Positions 32,664 to 41,427 of a stretch of 43,415 nt of DNA are shown piece by piece. Origin of the DNA: a virus (taxonomy: Duplodnaviria > Caudoviricetes). The notes beneath the pieces were generated by a model that worked only from the letters and a program-made list of their open reading frames with translations, was not told the origin of the DNA and did no database searches. Every line of letters starts with the position of its first letter. The stretch's first letter is position 1. Location: positions 1 through 43,415 of the IMG/VR virus record IMGVR_UViG_3300037408_000289. One strand, given 5' to 3'. Both the position numbers and the translations under genes were made by a program.

Positions 32664-34016
32664 ATGATTATACTCCTGCTGATACTCATCAACGTCTTAT
32701 TCTATTACCGGGCAACTTTCTTTCAGGGAATTTGTGATGACATCCCGGTTTATAACGGCTCTATGGTAATTCCCAAAGGTTGGTGGAACTTCTTCTGGTA
32801 TCACCTGCACGGTAGAAAGTATGTCTCTTGGAAACTGGCTCATTGGCAGACGCTTGCTATCCACACCATAAATTGTATCTTAATCTACCTTGCCTTCGGA
32901 CATAACTACTTCAGCGCTACCGCAGCGTTACTCTTTGCGGTCAACCCGGTAAATAATCAGGGCTCTCTGTGGATCTCGGGCAAGGGTTACTCACAGAACA
33001 CTACTTGCGCTTTGTTGATGTGGATGTTTCCCTTAGCCAGCCCTATCATTTATCTCTACGGGACTTACTTCTGCGGAGCTTCATTGCTTTTATTCCCGTT
33101 AGTTTTCTTATTCACTAAATACTGGTGGTTATCTAGTTTGGTAATCATAGGCTTGTTGAGAGAACACCCGAGAGTATTCAGCAAAAAGCCAGGTTCTAAG
33201 TTTATTACTGAGTCTAACGCGGAGTTGAAAACTATCGCCCCCCGCAAGATAATAGTGTCTTTTAAGTCTTTAGGCTACCACTTCACAAACTCAATCATAG
33301 CGCTGAGGTTAGGTTTCTATCATAGGTATTTATTCCTGCACGGGGTCAGCGCGGAATCAAATAAGGATAGTTACAAGATAGATAAATACTTTTTTATCGG
33401 GATAGCGGTAGTCTTATTCACCTTAAGCACGAGGAATATCTATTTGCTTTGGTGGTTAATCTGTATAGCACAATGGTCGAATGTCATTTCCTTCAACCAG
33501 ACCCTCACTAACCGCTATGCGTATCTTCCGAACATAGGGATAATGTTGTTTATCTCGTCGCTGTTGCACCCGGTACTAGCGTTAGTGCTATTTACTTACT
33601 ACGCCACTAAGCTAATTTCATTTATAGTCTTCTATAAGAACGAATACTGGTCAATAGAGCACTCCTGTTTTGAACAGCCGGACTTCTTCTACCCCTGGCA
33701 GAACCGCAGCGTGCATTGTTTCCAGAACGGTAACTTCCACGGCGCCTTGGCTAATATGATTAAGGCTAACGAACTAAGGCCCAATGACTGGAAGATAACT
33801 TATAATTTATGCCAGCTCTATATGGTATTGGGTAACTTGGGTGCGGCCAGAGATTTCTACAAGAAGGCCTTGGCCTGTACGATAGATGGTAGGGATAAAG
33901 AGATAGGCAAACTTATGGAGCGCCTGGGTAAGTGGATAGAAGAGTTAGAAACCCAAGCTAAGGCAAACAATAATAATGTTAATCTGGATTTAGGGAAGTT
34001 TGACCTGCAAAGATGA
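32664..34016 (+). CDS. TMTC-like GT-C membrane glycosyltransferase with C-terminal TPRs
   Basis: DD after the first TM, H..N..L.Y, ALLFAVNP......WISG, RYAYLP.IG, then TPR-like repeats (A..L.PND....YNL...Y...G....A...Y.KAL). Confidence 0.8.
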   Translation: MIILLLILINVLFYYRATFFQGICDDIPVYNGSMVIPKGWWNFFWYHLHGRKYVSWKLAHWQTLAIHTINCILIYLAFGHNYFSATAALLFAVNPVNNQGSLWISGKGYSQNTTCALLMWMFPLASPIIYLYGTYFCGASLLLFPLVFLFTKYWWLSSLVIIGLLREHPRVFSKKPGSKFITESNAELKTIAPRKIIVSFKSLGYHFTNSIIALRLGFYHRYLFLHGVSAESNKDSYKIDKYFFIGIAVVLFTLSTRNIYLLWWLICIAQWSNVISFNQTLTNRYAYLPNIGIMLFISSLLHPVLALVLFTYYATKLISFIVFYKNEYWSIEHSCFEQPDFFYPWQNRSVHCFQNGNFHGALANMIKANELRPNDWKITYNLCQLYMVLGNLGAARDFYKKALACTIDGRDKEIGKLMERLGKWIEELETQAKANNNNVNLDLGKFDLQR

Positions 34017-34192
34017 TTAGAAGATTAAACATTGAAGTAAACTATGTAAGGCTCTGCCCGTATTGCAAGAAAATGGTAAAGGTGAAGACCGCTACCTGTG
34101 GTGGTTGGAAATGCCAATGGTTACATCATATAGCGTTAATGCGTAAACGCCGCAAGACAGACCAAGTCAGGCCCTCTCGTCGAGTAGTCTAA
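34013..34192 (+). CDS. Small zinc-finger, basic protein, 59 aa (not in the ORF track)
   Basis: ATGA-coupled; CPYC...TCGGWKC with an MRKRRK tail. Confidence 0.5.
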   Translation: MIRRLNIEVNYVRLCPYCKKMVKVKTATCGGWKCQWLHHIALMRKRRKTDQVRPSRRVV

Positions 34193-34220
34193 TCTAAATA
34201 CAATATATTGTTATGTTTCC

Positions 34221-34249
34221 TTGCCAGGATACTACCTGTGGTATATAAT
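34221..34249 (+). promoter_or_regulatory. Sigma70-type promoter P3 (late: packaging and structural operon)
   Basis: TTGCCA-17 nt-TATAAT, intergenic, upstream of the terminase genes. Confidence 0.7.
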
Positions 34250-34335
34250 AATATACATAGGGCGGCTCTAACACGAGTTCAACAATACTATCTTAGATAA
34301 AAAGGGGACTCCGTAGTTAACCGCCCGATAAAATT

Positions 34336-34593
34336 ATGGCAAGTCCAATTCAATTCGCAAGCGCAGAAACAAAATCAAGGGTAATCTCTAACTGCTGGGA
34401 ATATCTCCACGAAAATTTTCATAAGTTCAACGATACTAACAAAATAAAAATCACGCTGGCTATAATTTGTAAAGATATGCCCACTAAAGTCGAGGGTGAT
34501 GCAAAAGGCCCTCAACAGATAGTGATAGTAAGATCAAAGGAAGAGATTGATACAACTCAAGTCTTACCAAGACAAGTTTCTGTTCAGCAATAA
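34336..34593 (+). CDS. Putative terminase small subunit
   Basis: Overlaps the TerL start; C-terminal beta-strand tail (PQQIVIVR). Confidence 0.5.
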   Translation: MASPIQFASAETKSRVISNCWEYLHENFHKFNDTNKIKITLAIICKDMPTKVEGDAKGPQQIVIVRSKEEIDTTQVLPRQVSVQQ

Positions 34594-35818
34594 ACGATAC
34601 CCGGCTATGGTAGCTGGAATTGGCACGGGTAAAACTTATATGCTCCTTCTCAAGATAAGGAAGTTTTGTTTAGACTATCCTAACTCCTTAGCGCTGATAG
34701 TAAGAAAAGAGTTTACTGACTTGAGAGACTCTACTATGAAAGACTTTGAGCGATACTTTAATGAGAAGCCTTCCAGTGATAAAGACTACAACTATCCCAA
34801 CGGCTCAAGTATTATGTTCAGGCACGCCTCAGAGATAGCAGTCCTTAAGAATATTAACTTGTCAATCTTTGGCATAGAACAGGCAGAGGAGTTTGAGTCA
34901 GAAGAGACTTTTACCTTCCTCAGAGACCGCTTAAGAAGAGACAACGCCCCCTTAAGGCAGGGCATACTGATAGCCAACGCAGCAGGCCATAACTGGATAT
35001 ATAGAATGTGGATTAACAACCCCGCCTCAGATGACTTCGATGTTTCTACCGCCACCACCTTTGACAATGAAGACAACCTCCCGGCTGATTTCATAGCTGA
35101 CCTAAGAAGAATGGAGATAGAAGCACCTAATCATTATAAACAATACGTCTTAAATTCTTTTGAAGAGTTAGGCCAGGATGATTTACTCCTAAGCGGCGTG
35201 GTAGTCTATGAGTCCCCTAAGCTAATCTTCTATGACGAAGGCACTATCAGGCGCATATTAGCGGTAGACGTAGCCCGCTTCGGAGAGGACGAGACAGTCT
35301 TTACTATCATCCAGTCTAACAACATCCGGCAATGGACTCAAGTTTACCAACACACCTGGCGTGATAAGCCATTGACTGAAGTCGTGGGTAAGACTCTTGA
35401 CCTCTGCCGGGAGTTCAACCCGGATATAGTAGCTATAGATGATGTGGGCATGGGTGGAGGGGTAACTGACCGCTTGAGTGAACAACGTAGAGCCCCTGAG
35501 CCGTTTATAGGCAATGCCAAACCTACTAACCCACTCTATCTGAATAAGAGAAGCGAAGGCTTCTTCAGGATGAAGGAGTTCTTTGATAAAGGTGATATTA
35601 AGATTATGAACGACCCTATGCTGATGGAGCAACTGCTTTCCGTCAGGTATAAATACAACTCAAACAATATCAAGTCAATCGTCCCCAAAGATGATATGCG
35701 CAAGGATGGATTGAAGTCACCGGATCGCGCGGACTGTCTGATGATGGCTCTTTACTATACCGACAGGATATTCTCAGAACGCATTAGACCCAACCTACCC
35801 CGTGAGGCGCTGGTATGA
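34547..35818 (+). CDS. terL: Terminase large subunit
   Basis: YQ motif, Walker A GIGTGKT, Walker B-like FGIEQAEE; RNase H-type nuclease VDVARFGEDE, ID..GMGGGV.D.L, SPDRAD. Confidence 0.93.
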   Translation: MIQLKSYQDKFLFSNKRYPAMVAGIGTGKTYMLLLKIRKFCLDYPNSLALIVRKEFTDLRDSTMKDFERYFNEKPSSDKDYNYPNGSSIMFRHASEIAVLKNINLSIFGIEQAEEFESEETFTFLRDRLRRDNAPLRQGILIANAAGHNWIYRMWINNPASDDFDVSTATTFDNEDNLPADFIADLRRMEIEAPNHYKQYVLNSFEELGQDDLLLSGVVVYESPKLIFYDEGTIRRILAVDVARFGEDETVFTIIQSNNIRQWTQVYQHTWRDKPLTEVVGKTLDLCREFNPDIVAIDDVGMGGGVTDRLSEQRRAPEPFIGNAKPTNPLYLNKRSEGFFRMKEFFDKGDIKIMNDPMLMEQLLSVRYKYNSNNIKSIVPKDDMRKDGLKSPDRADCLMMALYYTDRIFSERIRPNLPREALV

Positions 35819-36102
35819 GGATATTAACCGACACAGGTTATATAGACTCAGTAGGTTTATTCTTTGAATTGACAGATAAACAGCTTGAGATAGTTAAAGC
35901 AAACAAAGATTACTATTTGGATAAGAAGCTGGTAGATGAGTTCACAAAAGGTTATGGCAAGAACGCCCACTTTATTGGAGCATGCAATAACGGAGACAGG
36001 GGCGTGATAGGAAGAAAGATTAAGTTACTGCTTAGGGACTACAAAACAGTGTCTTGGTGGGATAAGGACATGCAAGAATTTAAAATAGTAAGGAGGGATT
36101 GA
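35815..36102 (+). CDS. Hypothetical protein
   Basis: ATGA-coupled to terL. Confidence 0.6.
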   Translation: MRILTDTGYIDSVGLFFELTDKQLEIVKANKDYYLDKKLVDEFTKGYGKNAHFIGACNNGDRGVIGRKIKLLLRDYKTVSWWDKDMQEFKIVRRD

Positions 36103-36103
36103 G

Positions 36104-36496
36104 ATGCCGTTTATACCATTTGCAGCAACAGTGGGGGCATGGTTAGGTGGTGGTGCGGCTTTAGGCGGTGCGGCTATAGCGGGAACGGCCGCGGCTATTG
36201 GTGGAACAGTAGCATCTACGATGTCCGCTCAGGCGCAAGCTGATGCCACAAGGGACGCCGCCAACCAGCAGACTGATACTGCCAATCGCTTAGCCGCAGA
36301 GCAGAGGGCAGCAGCCCAGGCGGTTGAGGATAAAGCGGCAAAGGACAAAGCTGACCTGGCTAACGCTACTTCCCAAGCGGCAGAAGAATCCCGCCAGGAA
36401 GAGATGAGAAGGCGTAGGAGACAGGGGCAGACCCTGTTGAGCGGGCCATTAGGCGACACATCAAGCGCGAATATAAGAAGGACTTTACTCGGTTAA
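36104..36496 (+). CDS. Putative virion protein (Gly/Ala-rich N-terminus, RR...TLLSG...TLLG C-terminus)
   Basis: Pattern typical of the small gene upstream of T7/BPP-1-type portals. Confidence 0.65.
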   Translation: MPFIPFAATVGAWLGGGAALGGAAIAGTAAAIGGTVASTMSAQAQADATRDAANQQTDTANRLAAEQRAAAQAVEDKAAKDKADLANATSQAAEESRQEEMRRRRRQGQTLLSGPLGDTSSANIRRTLLG

Positions 36497-36510
36497 AAAA
36501 GGAGAACAGC

Positions 36511-36948
36511 ATGGCTAACAGGGAACCAGGAATAGATATAGTTAATGTCTCATATTCAGGCGGTACCACAGCGATATACTTAAACACCGCGGTCTCAATC
36601 TGGACTGACAGTATATATGTTGGGGATTGTACAAATGAGGGCTACCCCTTCAGTCCCCTGGTCATAGGGGCTACATTCGTGGGTGGAGTGCAGGGTAGTG
36701 TGGCGGCGATAGTATTCGCTGAAGGAAGCTGGAGAAGGCCTTCAGTAGAGGGTTCATTTGACGCGACCTATGTATCGTATTCTTATAACACTCTCGGCAT
36801 ATCCGCGGTGAGGACTTGGGCTTATACCGCTTTAAATACAGCAGCCGCAGCGGTGATGCTCCCGTATATTAGGTTCATGGTCAGAGGCACTACCACGAAC
36901 ACCGGCTCGACGGTCAATGTGGTATTGTGCAAGAAGATGGGGGTATAA
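36511..36948 (+). CDS. Hypothetical beta-rich (virion) protein
   Basis: AAGGAG RBS; PYIRF motif near the C-terminus. Confidence 0.6.
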   Translation: MANREPGIDIVNVSYSGGTTAIYLNTAVSIWTDSIYVGDCTNEGYPFSPLVIGATFVGGVQGSVAAIVFAEGSWRRPSVEGSFDATYVSYSYNTLGISAVRTWAYTALNTAAAAVMLPYIRFMVRGTTTNTGSTVNVVLCKKMGV

Positions 36949-37193
36949 TGCAGAAGACCGAGACCTCTACCATAGACGCGCAGAAGGAAATAGCCAAGCC
37001 CAAGATAGCTAAACTTCTGGAAGTATCAGTAGATGAGAATAACATGGTCTATGTCAACTGGCCTACTGATAAGAAGGAACTCTGCTTAGTAGCGTTATGT
37101 GAAGCGTTGAAGTTAGTATCAACCTATAAGAAAGAAGAGCCGATTATACAAAAACCCAAGTTTACCGATTTTCTCTTGGGGAAGAAGAACTAA
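36948..37193 (+). CDS. Hypothetical protein
   Basis: TAATG coupling at both ends; start refined. Confidence 0.6.
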   Translation: MQKTETSTIDAQKEIAKPKIAKLLEVSVDENNMVYVNWPTDKKELCLVALCEALKLVSTYKKEEPIIQKPKFTDFLLGKKN

Positions 37194-38827
37194 TGGAAAA
37201 TAAAATAGCCGAAGATATAGTAAAACGAGTAGCGCAATTAGCCACCGAGAGGCAGAATTATGACACCTTCTGGCAGGATGTCGCAAAGTATGTAATCCCC
37301 CGCAAGGCTTATATTACCAGGACTAAGACTCCGGGTGAGAAGTACGCCTATAATGTCTACGACTCCACCGCTATGCAGGCCAATATGGTCTTAGCCGCAG
37401 GGTTACACTCCTATCTTACCAACCCCAACTCTAAATGGTTCAGTCTACGCTTAGAAGATAATGAGCTCAATGAGAACACTGAGGTCAAAGAGTGGCTGCA
37501 GGATACCGAAGAGAGGATGTATAATGTCCTCAACTCTTCTAACTTCAACCAGCAGATCCACGAGTTATACCTGGACATGGGTACTTTCGGTATAGCGTGT
37601 ATGTATGAAGAAGAAGACCCGACAGACGGCATCCGATTTTATTCCAGAGACATAGCTGAGATATATTTATGTGAGAACGAGAAAGAAAAGATAGACACCG
37701 TTTACCGCAAGTTTAAACTCACAGCCCGGCAAGCATGGGATAAATGGGGGGAGGCGGCAGGCGAGGTAGTCAAGAACTTTATAGAAAAGGAAGAATACGA
37801 CAAGCAGGTGGAGTTTATTCATCAAGTAGCTCCCCGCTACGAAAGGGACGTCAACAAGGATGACTCCAGCAATATGCCTTTTGAGTCTACTTATGTTGAA
37901 GTATCGAAGAAACACCTGATAAGCCAGTCAGGATACCGGGAGTTCCCTTACTTTACGCCCAGGTTCAATAAGAACTCAGGCGAGGTATGGGGTTCCAGCC
38001 CGGCAATGGTACTATACTCTGATATCAAGATGCTTAATGAAATGGTCAAAGTCTTGATACGTTCAGCGCAAAAGCAGGTAGACCCGCCGTTAGTATTGCC
38101 TCATGACGGGTATCTATTGCCAATCAAGTACGGGCCTGCGGCTTTGAACTTCAGGCTGAAAGGTTCGGCTGATGACAAGATAGAACCTTTAGCTACTGGA
38201 GCGAATATTTCAATAGGGTTAGAGATAATCTCCCAATGGCAGTCAATAATCAAGAAAGGTTTCTTTGTAGACCTGTTCTTGTTATTGGCTGACCCTGCGC
38301 GCAAAGACATGACCGCGACTGAAGTAATGCAGAGGGTAGAAGAGAAGATGCTCATCCTCGCTCCTGTGTTAGGACGGTTAATGAATGAGTTCCTTGACCC
38401 ACTTATCAACCGCACTTTCAACATAATGTGGAGGGCAGGAAAGCTCTTGCCTCCCCCGGCTGCTATGCAGAACCAGCCTTATAAGATTGAGTATATCTCG
38501 CCTTTGGCACGTTCACAGAAACTAGACCAGATGAAGTCTATCAATAATTTTATCCTGCTTATCGGGCAGATAGCGACCATGAAGCCTGACATTGTGGATA
38601 TAATGAACGAGGACGAGGTAGCTAAAGATATCCAATATCTGTATGGAGTTAACCCCAAGTATATCAAGTCAGATGAGGCAGTAACCCAAGTGAGAGCAGC
38701 CAGGGCGCAGGCAGCCGAAGCGCAAATGAAGATGCAGGGTTTACAACAAGTTGCTGACGTAGCCAAGACCGGGGCGGAAGCCCAATCGACTATGCAACCA
38801 AAAGGAGGAGCCAGTGCCGGACAATAA
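37193..38827 (+). CDS. Portal / head-tail connector (T7 gp8 family)
   Basis: YDSTA...LA.GL...LT.P...WF.L, FG.A, FPY...R....GE..G.SP, MTATEV..R..E....L.PV..RL..E.L.PLI.R, IEY.SPL. Confidence 0.93.
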   Translation: MENKIAEDIVKRVAQLATERQNYDTFWQDVAKYVIPRKAYITRTKTPGEKYAYNVYDSTAMQANMVLAAGLHSYLTNPNSKWFSLRLEDNELNENTEVKEWLQDTEERMYNVLNSSNFNQQIHELYLDMGTFGIACMYEEEDPTDGIRFYSRDIAEIYLCENEKEKIDTVYRKFKLTARQAWDKWGEAAGEVVKNFIEKEEYDKQVEFIHQVAPRYERDVNKDDSSNMPFESTYVEVSKKHLISQSGYREFPYFTPRFNKNSGEVWGSSPAMVLYSDIKMLNEMVKVLIRSAQKQVDPPLVLPHDGYLLPIKYGPAALNFRLKGSADDKIEPLATGANISIGLEIISQWQSIIKKGFFVDLFLLLADPARKDMTATEVMQRVEEKMLILAPVLGRLMNEFLDPLINRTFNIMWRAGKLLPPPAAMQNQPYKIEYISPLARSQKLDQMKSINNFILLIGQIATMKPDIVDIMNEDEVAKDIQYLYGVNPKYIKSDEAVTQVRAARAQAAEAQMKMQGLQQVADVAKTGAEAQSTMQPKGGASAGQ

Positions 38828-39068
38828 CGCCGACAAGATTAAGGCATTAAGAAACGACTTGCAAAAGGTATTCAGCTCAGAGGAAGGCAAGCGCGTCCTA
38901 CAAGCTCTAGCGAATAACTGCTTTCAGGATAAGTCTATCTTTGAGAAAGACCCTTACATCATGGCTTACCAAGCAGGCATCAGGGATGTCTACCTGTGGC
39001 TTATAAATATCATGAACCTAGATATAGAAGCACTAGAAAAGATGACGCAATCAAGCGTCACTAACTGA
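38814..39068 (+). CDS. Bbp19-like small head-associated protein
   Basis: F.SEEG..VL..L and AY..G.R.V motifs, between portal and scaffold. Confidence 0.7.
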   Translation: MPDNNADKIKALRNDLQKVFSSEEGKRVLQALANNCFQDKSIFEKDPYIMAYQAGIRDVYLWLINIMNLDIEALEKMTQSSVTN

Positions 39069-39075
39069 GGAGGGA

Positions 39076-39903
39076 ATGATGGAACAGACTGACAATCTTG
39101 ACCAGGGAACTGACAATCAAGACCAGCAAGTAGCAGATTGGCGCGAGGGGTTAGACCCCGCGGTAAAGAATCACCCTAGTCTAGCAAGTTTCAAGACCAC
39201 CGGTGATTTAGCAAAGTCCTGGGTAGAGGCGCAGAAACTGATTGGGCGCGAGAAGATTCCTGTCCCTGGTGAGAAGGCTACCAAGGAAGATTGGGACATG
39301 GTGTTTGATAGGTTAGGCAGGCCTAAAGACAAAGAAGGCTACGGCATCCCGGAAGTTAAAATGCCTGAAGGTTACCCGGCTCCTGACAAGGAGTTTATGA
39401 ATAACTTCAAGCAGAAAGCCTTTGAGCTAGGTATGTTACCTAACCAGGTCAATGGGCTTTATTCCTGGTTTATGGAAAATGAAGCCGCCAAGTTCAACCA
39501 GTATGGTGAAAGCAGGAAACTGGAACGCGGTGAGGCTGAGAATGCCCTGCGTAAGTTATGGGGCAAGGCCTTTGAGCAGAACTTCCAGATAGCTGAACAA
39601 GCTGTGAATAAGTACGGAACGGAAGGGTTCATTACCAAACTTAAACAGTCCGGGCTTAATAATGACCCTGATATGGTTAAGTTTATCGCGGATATGGCTA
39701 AGAACTTCAGTGAAGACAGAATCGCCGGGAAACCGGCAGGGCTGACTTTAAGCCCGGAAGAAGCTATAGCGGAAATAAACAAGATACAGGGTGAGGCTAT
39801 GAAAGACAGGAATCACCCGATGAATAACAAGCGCCATCCGGAGTATGAGTACTTTAAGCGGAAATGGACGGCGTTGCACGAGCAGGCCTATCCGGCAGCA
39901 TAA
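39076..39903 (+). CDS. Capsid scaffolding / assembly protein
   Basis: W...L...LAKS...AQKLIG...P...W......LGRP, L...WG, G..N.P; upstream of the capsid gene. Confidence 0.8.
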   Translation: MMEQTDNLDQGTDNQDQQVADWREGLDPAVKNHPSLASFKTTGDLAKSWVEAQKLIGREKIPVPGEKATKEDWDMVFDRLGRPKDKEGYGIPEVKMPEGYPAPDKEFMNNFKQKAFELGMLPNQVNGLYSWFMENEAAKFNQYGESRKLERGEAENALRKLWGKAFEQNFQIAEQAVNKYGTEGFITKLKQSGLNNDPDMVKFIADMAKNFSEDRIAGKPAGLTLSPEEAIAEINKIQGEAMKDRNHPMNNKRHPEYEYFKRKWTALHEQAYPAA

Positions 39904-40011
39904 TCCGTAAGGACGCTAAGGATAGTTGGTAGTGGATAATCTCTTTTGAGACCCGACAATGTAAGAGAGACCCTTCTTAAATCGCAACGAAGGACAATCT
40001 GACACGCGATT
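39898..40011 (+). ncRNA. Structured cis-regulatory RNA upstream of the major capsid gene
   Basis: Three stems share an A(T/C)AA opposite C internal loop; loop AATCGC can pair with downstream GCGATT. Confidence 0.5.
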
Positions 40012-40031
40012 AACTGTTTAAGGAGGCTACA

Positions 40032-40907
40032 ATGAGCGATATATCTACTGCCTTTGTAAAACAATTCGGCAGCAATCTGGATTTCTTAGTCCAGCAAAAA
40101 GGTTCTCTACTGCGTAACGCAGTGCGCTTAGAGACAGTAACAGGGGAAGAGGCTTATTTTGATCAGTTAGCTTCTACTGCGGCACAAAAGAAGACAACCC
40201 GCAATAGTGATACCCCACTCATCAAGTCAGACCATAGGCGTCGTAGGGTATCGATGTACGATTACGAATGGGCGGATCTGATTGACAAAGAAGACAAGCT
40301 CAAGATGTTAATCGACCCTCAGAGCGACTACGCTATCAACGCAGCGTGGGCGTTAGGCCGTTCGATTGATGATGCTATTATTGAGTGTTTCTCTAACACC
40401 GCATACGCTGGCAAAGCTGGTGGAACCTCAACCGTGTTTCCCGCAGCCAATATCGTATCAGGCGGCGCGACCCGTTTAACCTTGCAGAAGCTGTTAGACG
40501 CTAAAGCTAAGTTAGATGGAGCGGATTGCGACCCGAACGAAGAGACCTACTGCGCTATCACCGCAACCCAGCTGACTGACCTGTTAAACACCAGTGAAAT
40601 CAAGGGTGCGGATTACAATACAGTCCGTGCGTTAGTACGCGGCGAAGTCGATACCTTCTTAGGTTTCAAGTTCATCGTCTGCAACAGAATAACTTTCCCC
40701 TACGGGATGACCTCAGTTGCCGCTAACTTCAGATCTATTCCGGTCTGGAAGAAATCTGGCGTTCTGTTAGCGTTAGCTAAGGATATCAATACCCAAATAA
40801 CTCAGAGAGCTGACAAGTCCTATGCGACCCAGGTCTATGCTTGTATGGGTATCGGCGCGACTCGTATGGAAGAATCGAAAGTTGTTCAGATACTTTGCAC
40901 AGAATAA
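40032..40907 (+). CDS. Major capsid protein
   Basis: AFV.QF..N...L.QQ.GS.LR..V, H.RR, AD.ID..D.L.ML.DP, A.A.GR..D..I, DYN.V.ALV.GE..TF.GF.F, GATR.EE..V; AAGGAGG RBS. Confidence 0.92.
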   Translation: MSDISTAFVKQFGSNLDFLVQQKGSLLRNAVRLETVTGEEAYFDQLASTAAQKKTTRNSDTPLIKSDHRRRRVSMYDYEWADLIDKEDKLKMLIDPQSDYAINAAWALGRSIDDAIIECFSNTAYAGKAGGTSTVFPAANIVSGGATRLTLQKLLDAKAKLDGADCDPNEETYCAITATQLTDLLNTSEIKGADYNTVRALVRGEVDTFLGFKFIVCNRITFPYGMTSVAANFRSIPVWKKSGVLLALAKDINTQITQRADKSYATQVYACMGIGATRMEESKVVQILCTE

Positions 40908-40925
40908 TAACTAAGGGAGGAAGAG

Positions 40926-41375
40926 ATGGCTAGACAAGCATGGAGTACTAACTACGAGAAAGTCCTCGACCCTAAGTCAGAGAATATTATTGACCCGGGT
41001 CTAGTAGGCGGTAAGGTAAGAATAATGGTCGATACCGTGACTATTCCCGCTGCTTCTACTTTAGGCAGCGCGGATTATGTCATCGTCGGCAAGAAATTAC
41101 CTACCGGAGCACAAGTCACAGGCATTAAACTGATTGGCCCTGCGGTATTGGGTTCAATCAGCAGAGTCAACGTTGGGGATGAAGGCGATGTCGATAGATA
41201 TTGCGCTTTGGTCTCCTGCGTCTCGACGCTGGTGGTAGAAGGCCCTTCAGCTTCATCGGGGCTTAACTACCAGGTAACAGGGACTACTGATAATTACATC
41301 AGGGTCAATGTTCCTAACGGGTCAGAAGTCTCATCCGGCACCATCAAAATAACAGTCGAGTATGTAGTAGAGTAA
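40926..41375 (+). CDS. Capsid decoration / minor structural protein
   Basis: Follows the capsid gene; LP.GA.V, VGD..D.DRY, G.I...VEY pattern. Confidence 0.65.
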   Translation: MARQAWSTNYEKVLDPKSENIIDPGLVGGKVRIMVDTVTIPAASTLGSADYVIVGKKLPTGAQVTGIKLIGPAVLGSISRVNVGDEGDVDRYCALVSCVSTLVVEGPSASSGLNYQVTGTTDNYIRVNVPNGSEVSSGTIKITVEYVVE

Positions 41376-41382
41376 AAGTGAT

Positions 41383-41407
41383 GGGGGGAACCTAAAAAAT
41401 TCCCCCC
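41383..41407 (+). terminator. Hairpin after the head genes (possible weak terminator)
   Basis: GGGGGGAA/TTCCCCCC 8-bp stem; weak U tract. Confidence 0.4.
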
Positions 41408-41427
41408 TCTACTCTTAGGAGGTTACC

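Noticed and set aside
23665-34016. DNA hypermodification or 7-deazaguanine pathway as the role of the cluster
   Set aside because: No hydroxymethylase, TET/JBP, DpdA, FolE, QueC, QueD or phage polymerase is recognisable, and two enzymes are integral membrane proteins. A DNA target for a soluble GT2 is not fully excluded.
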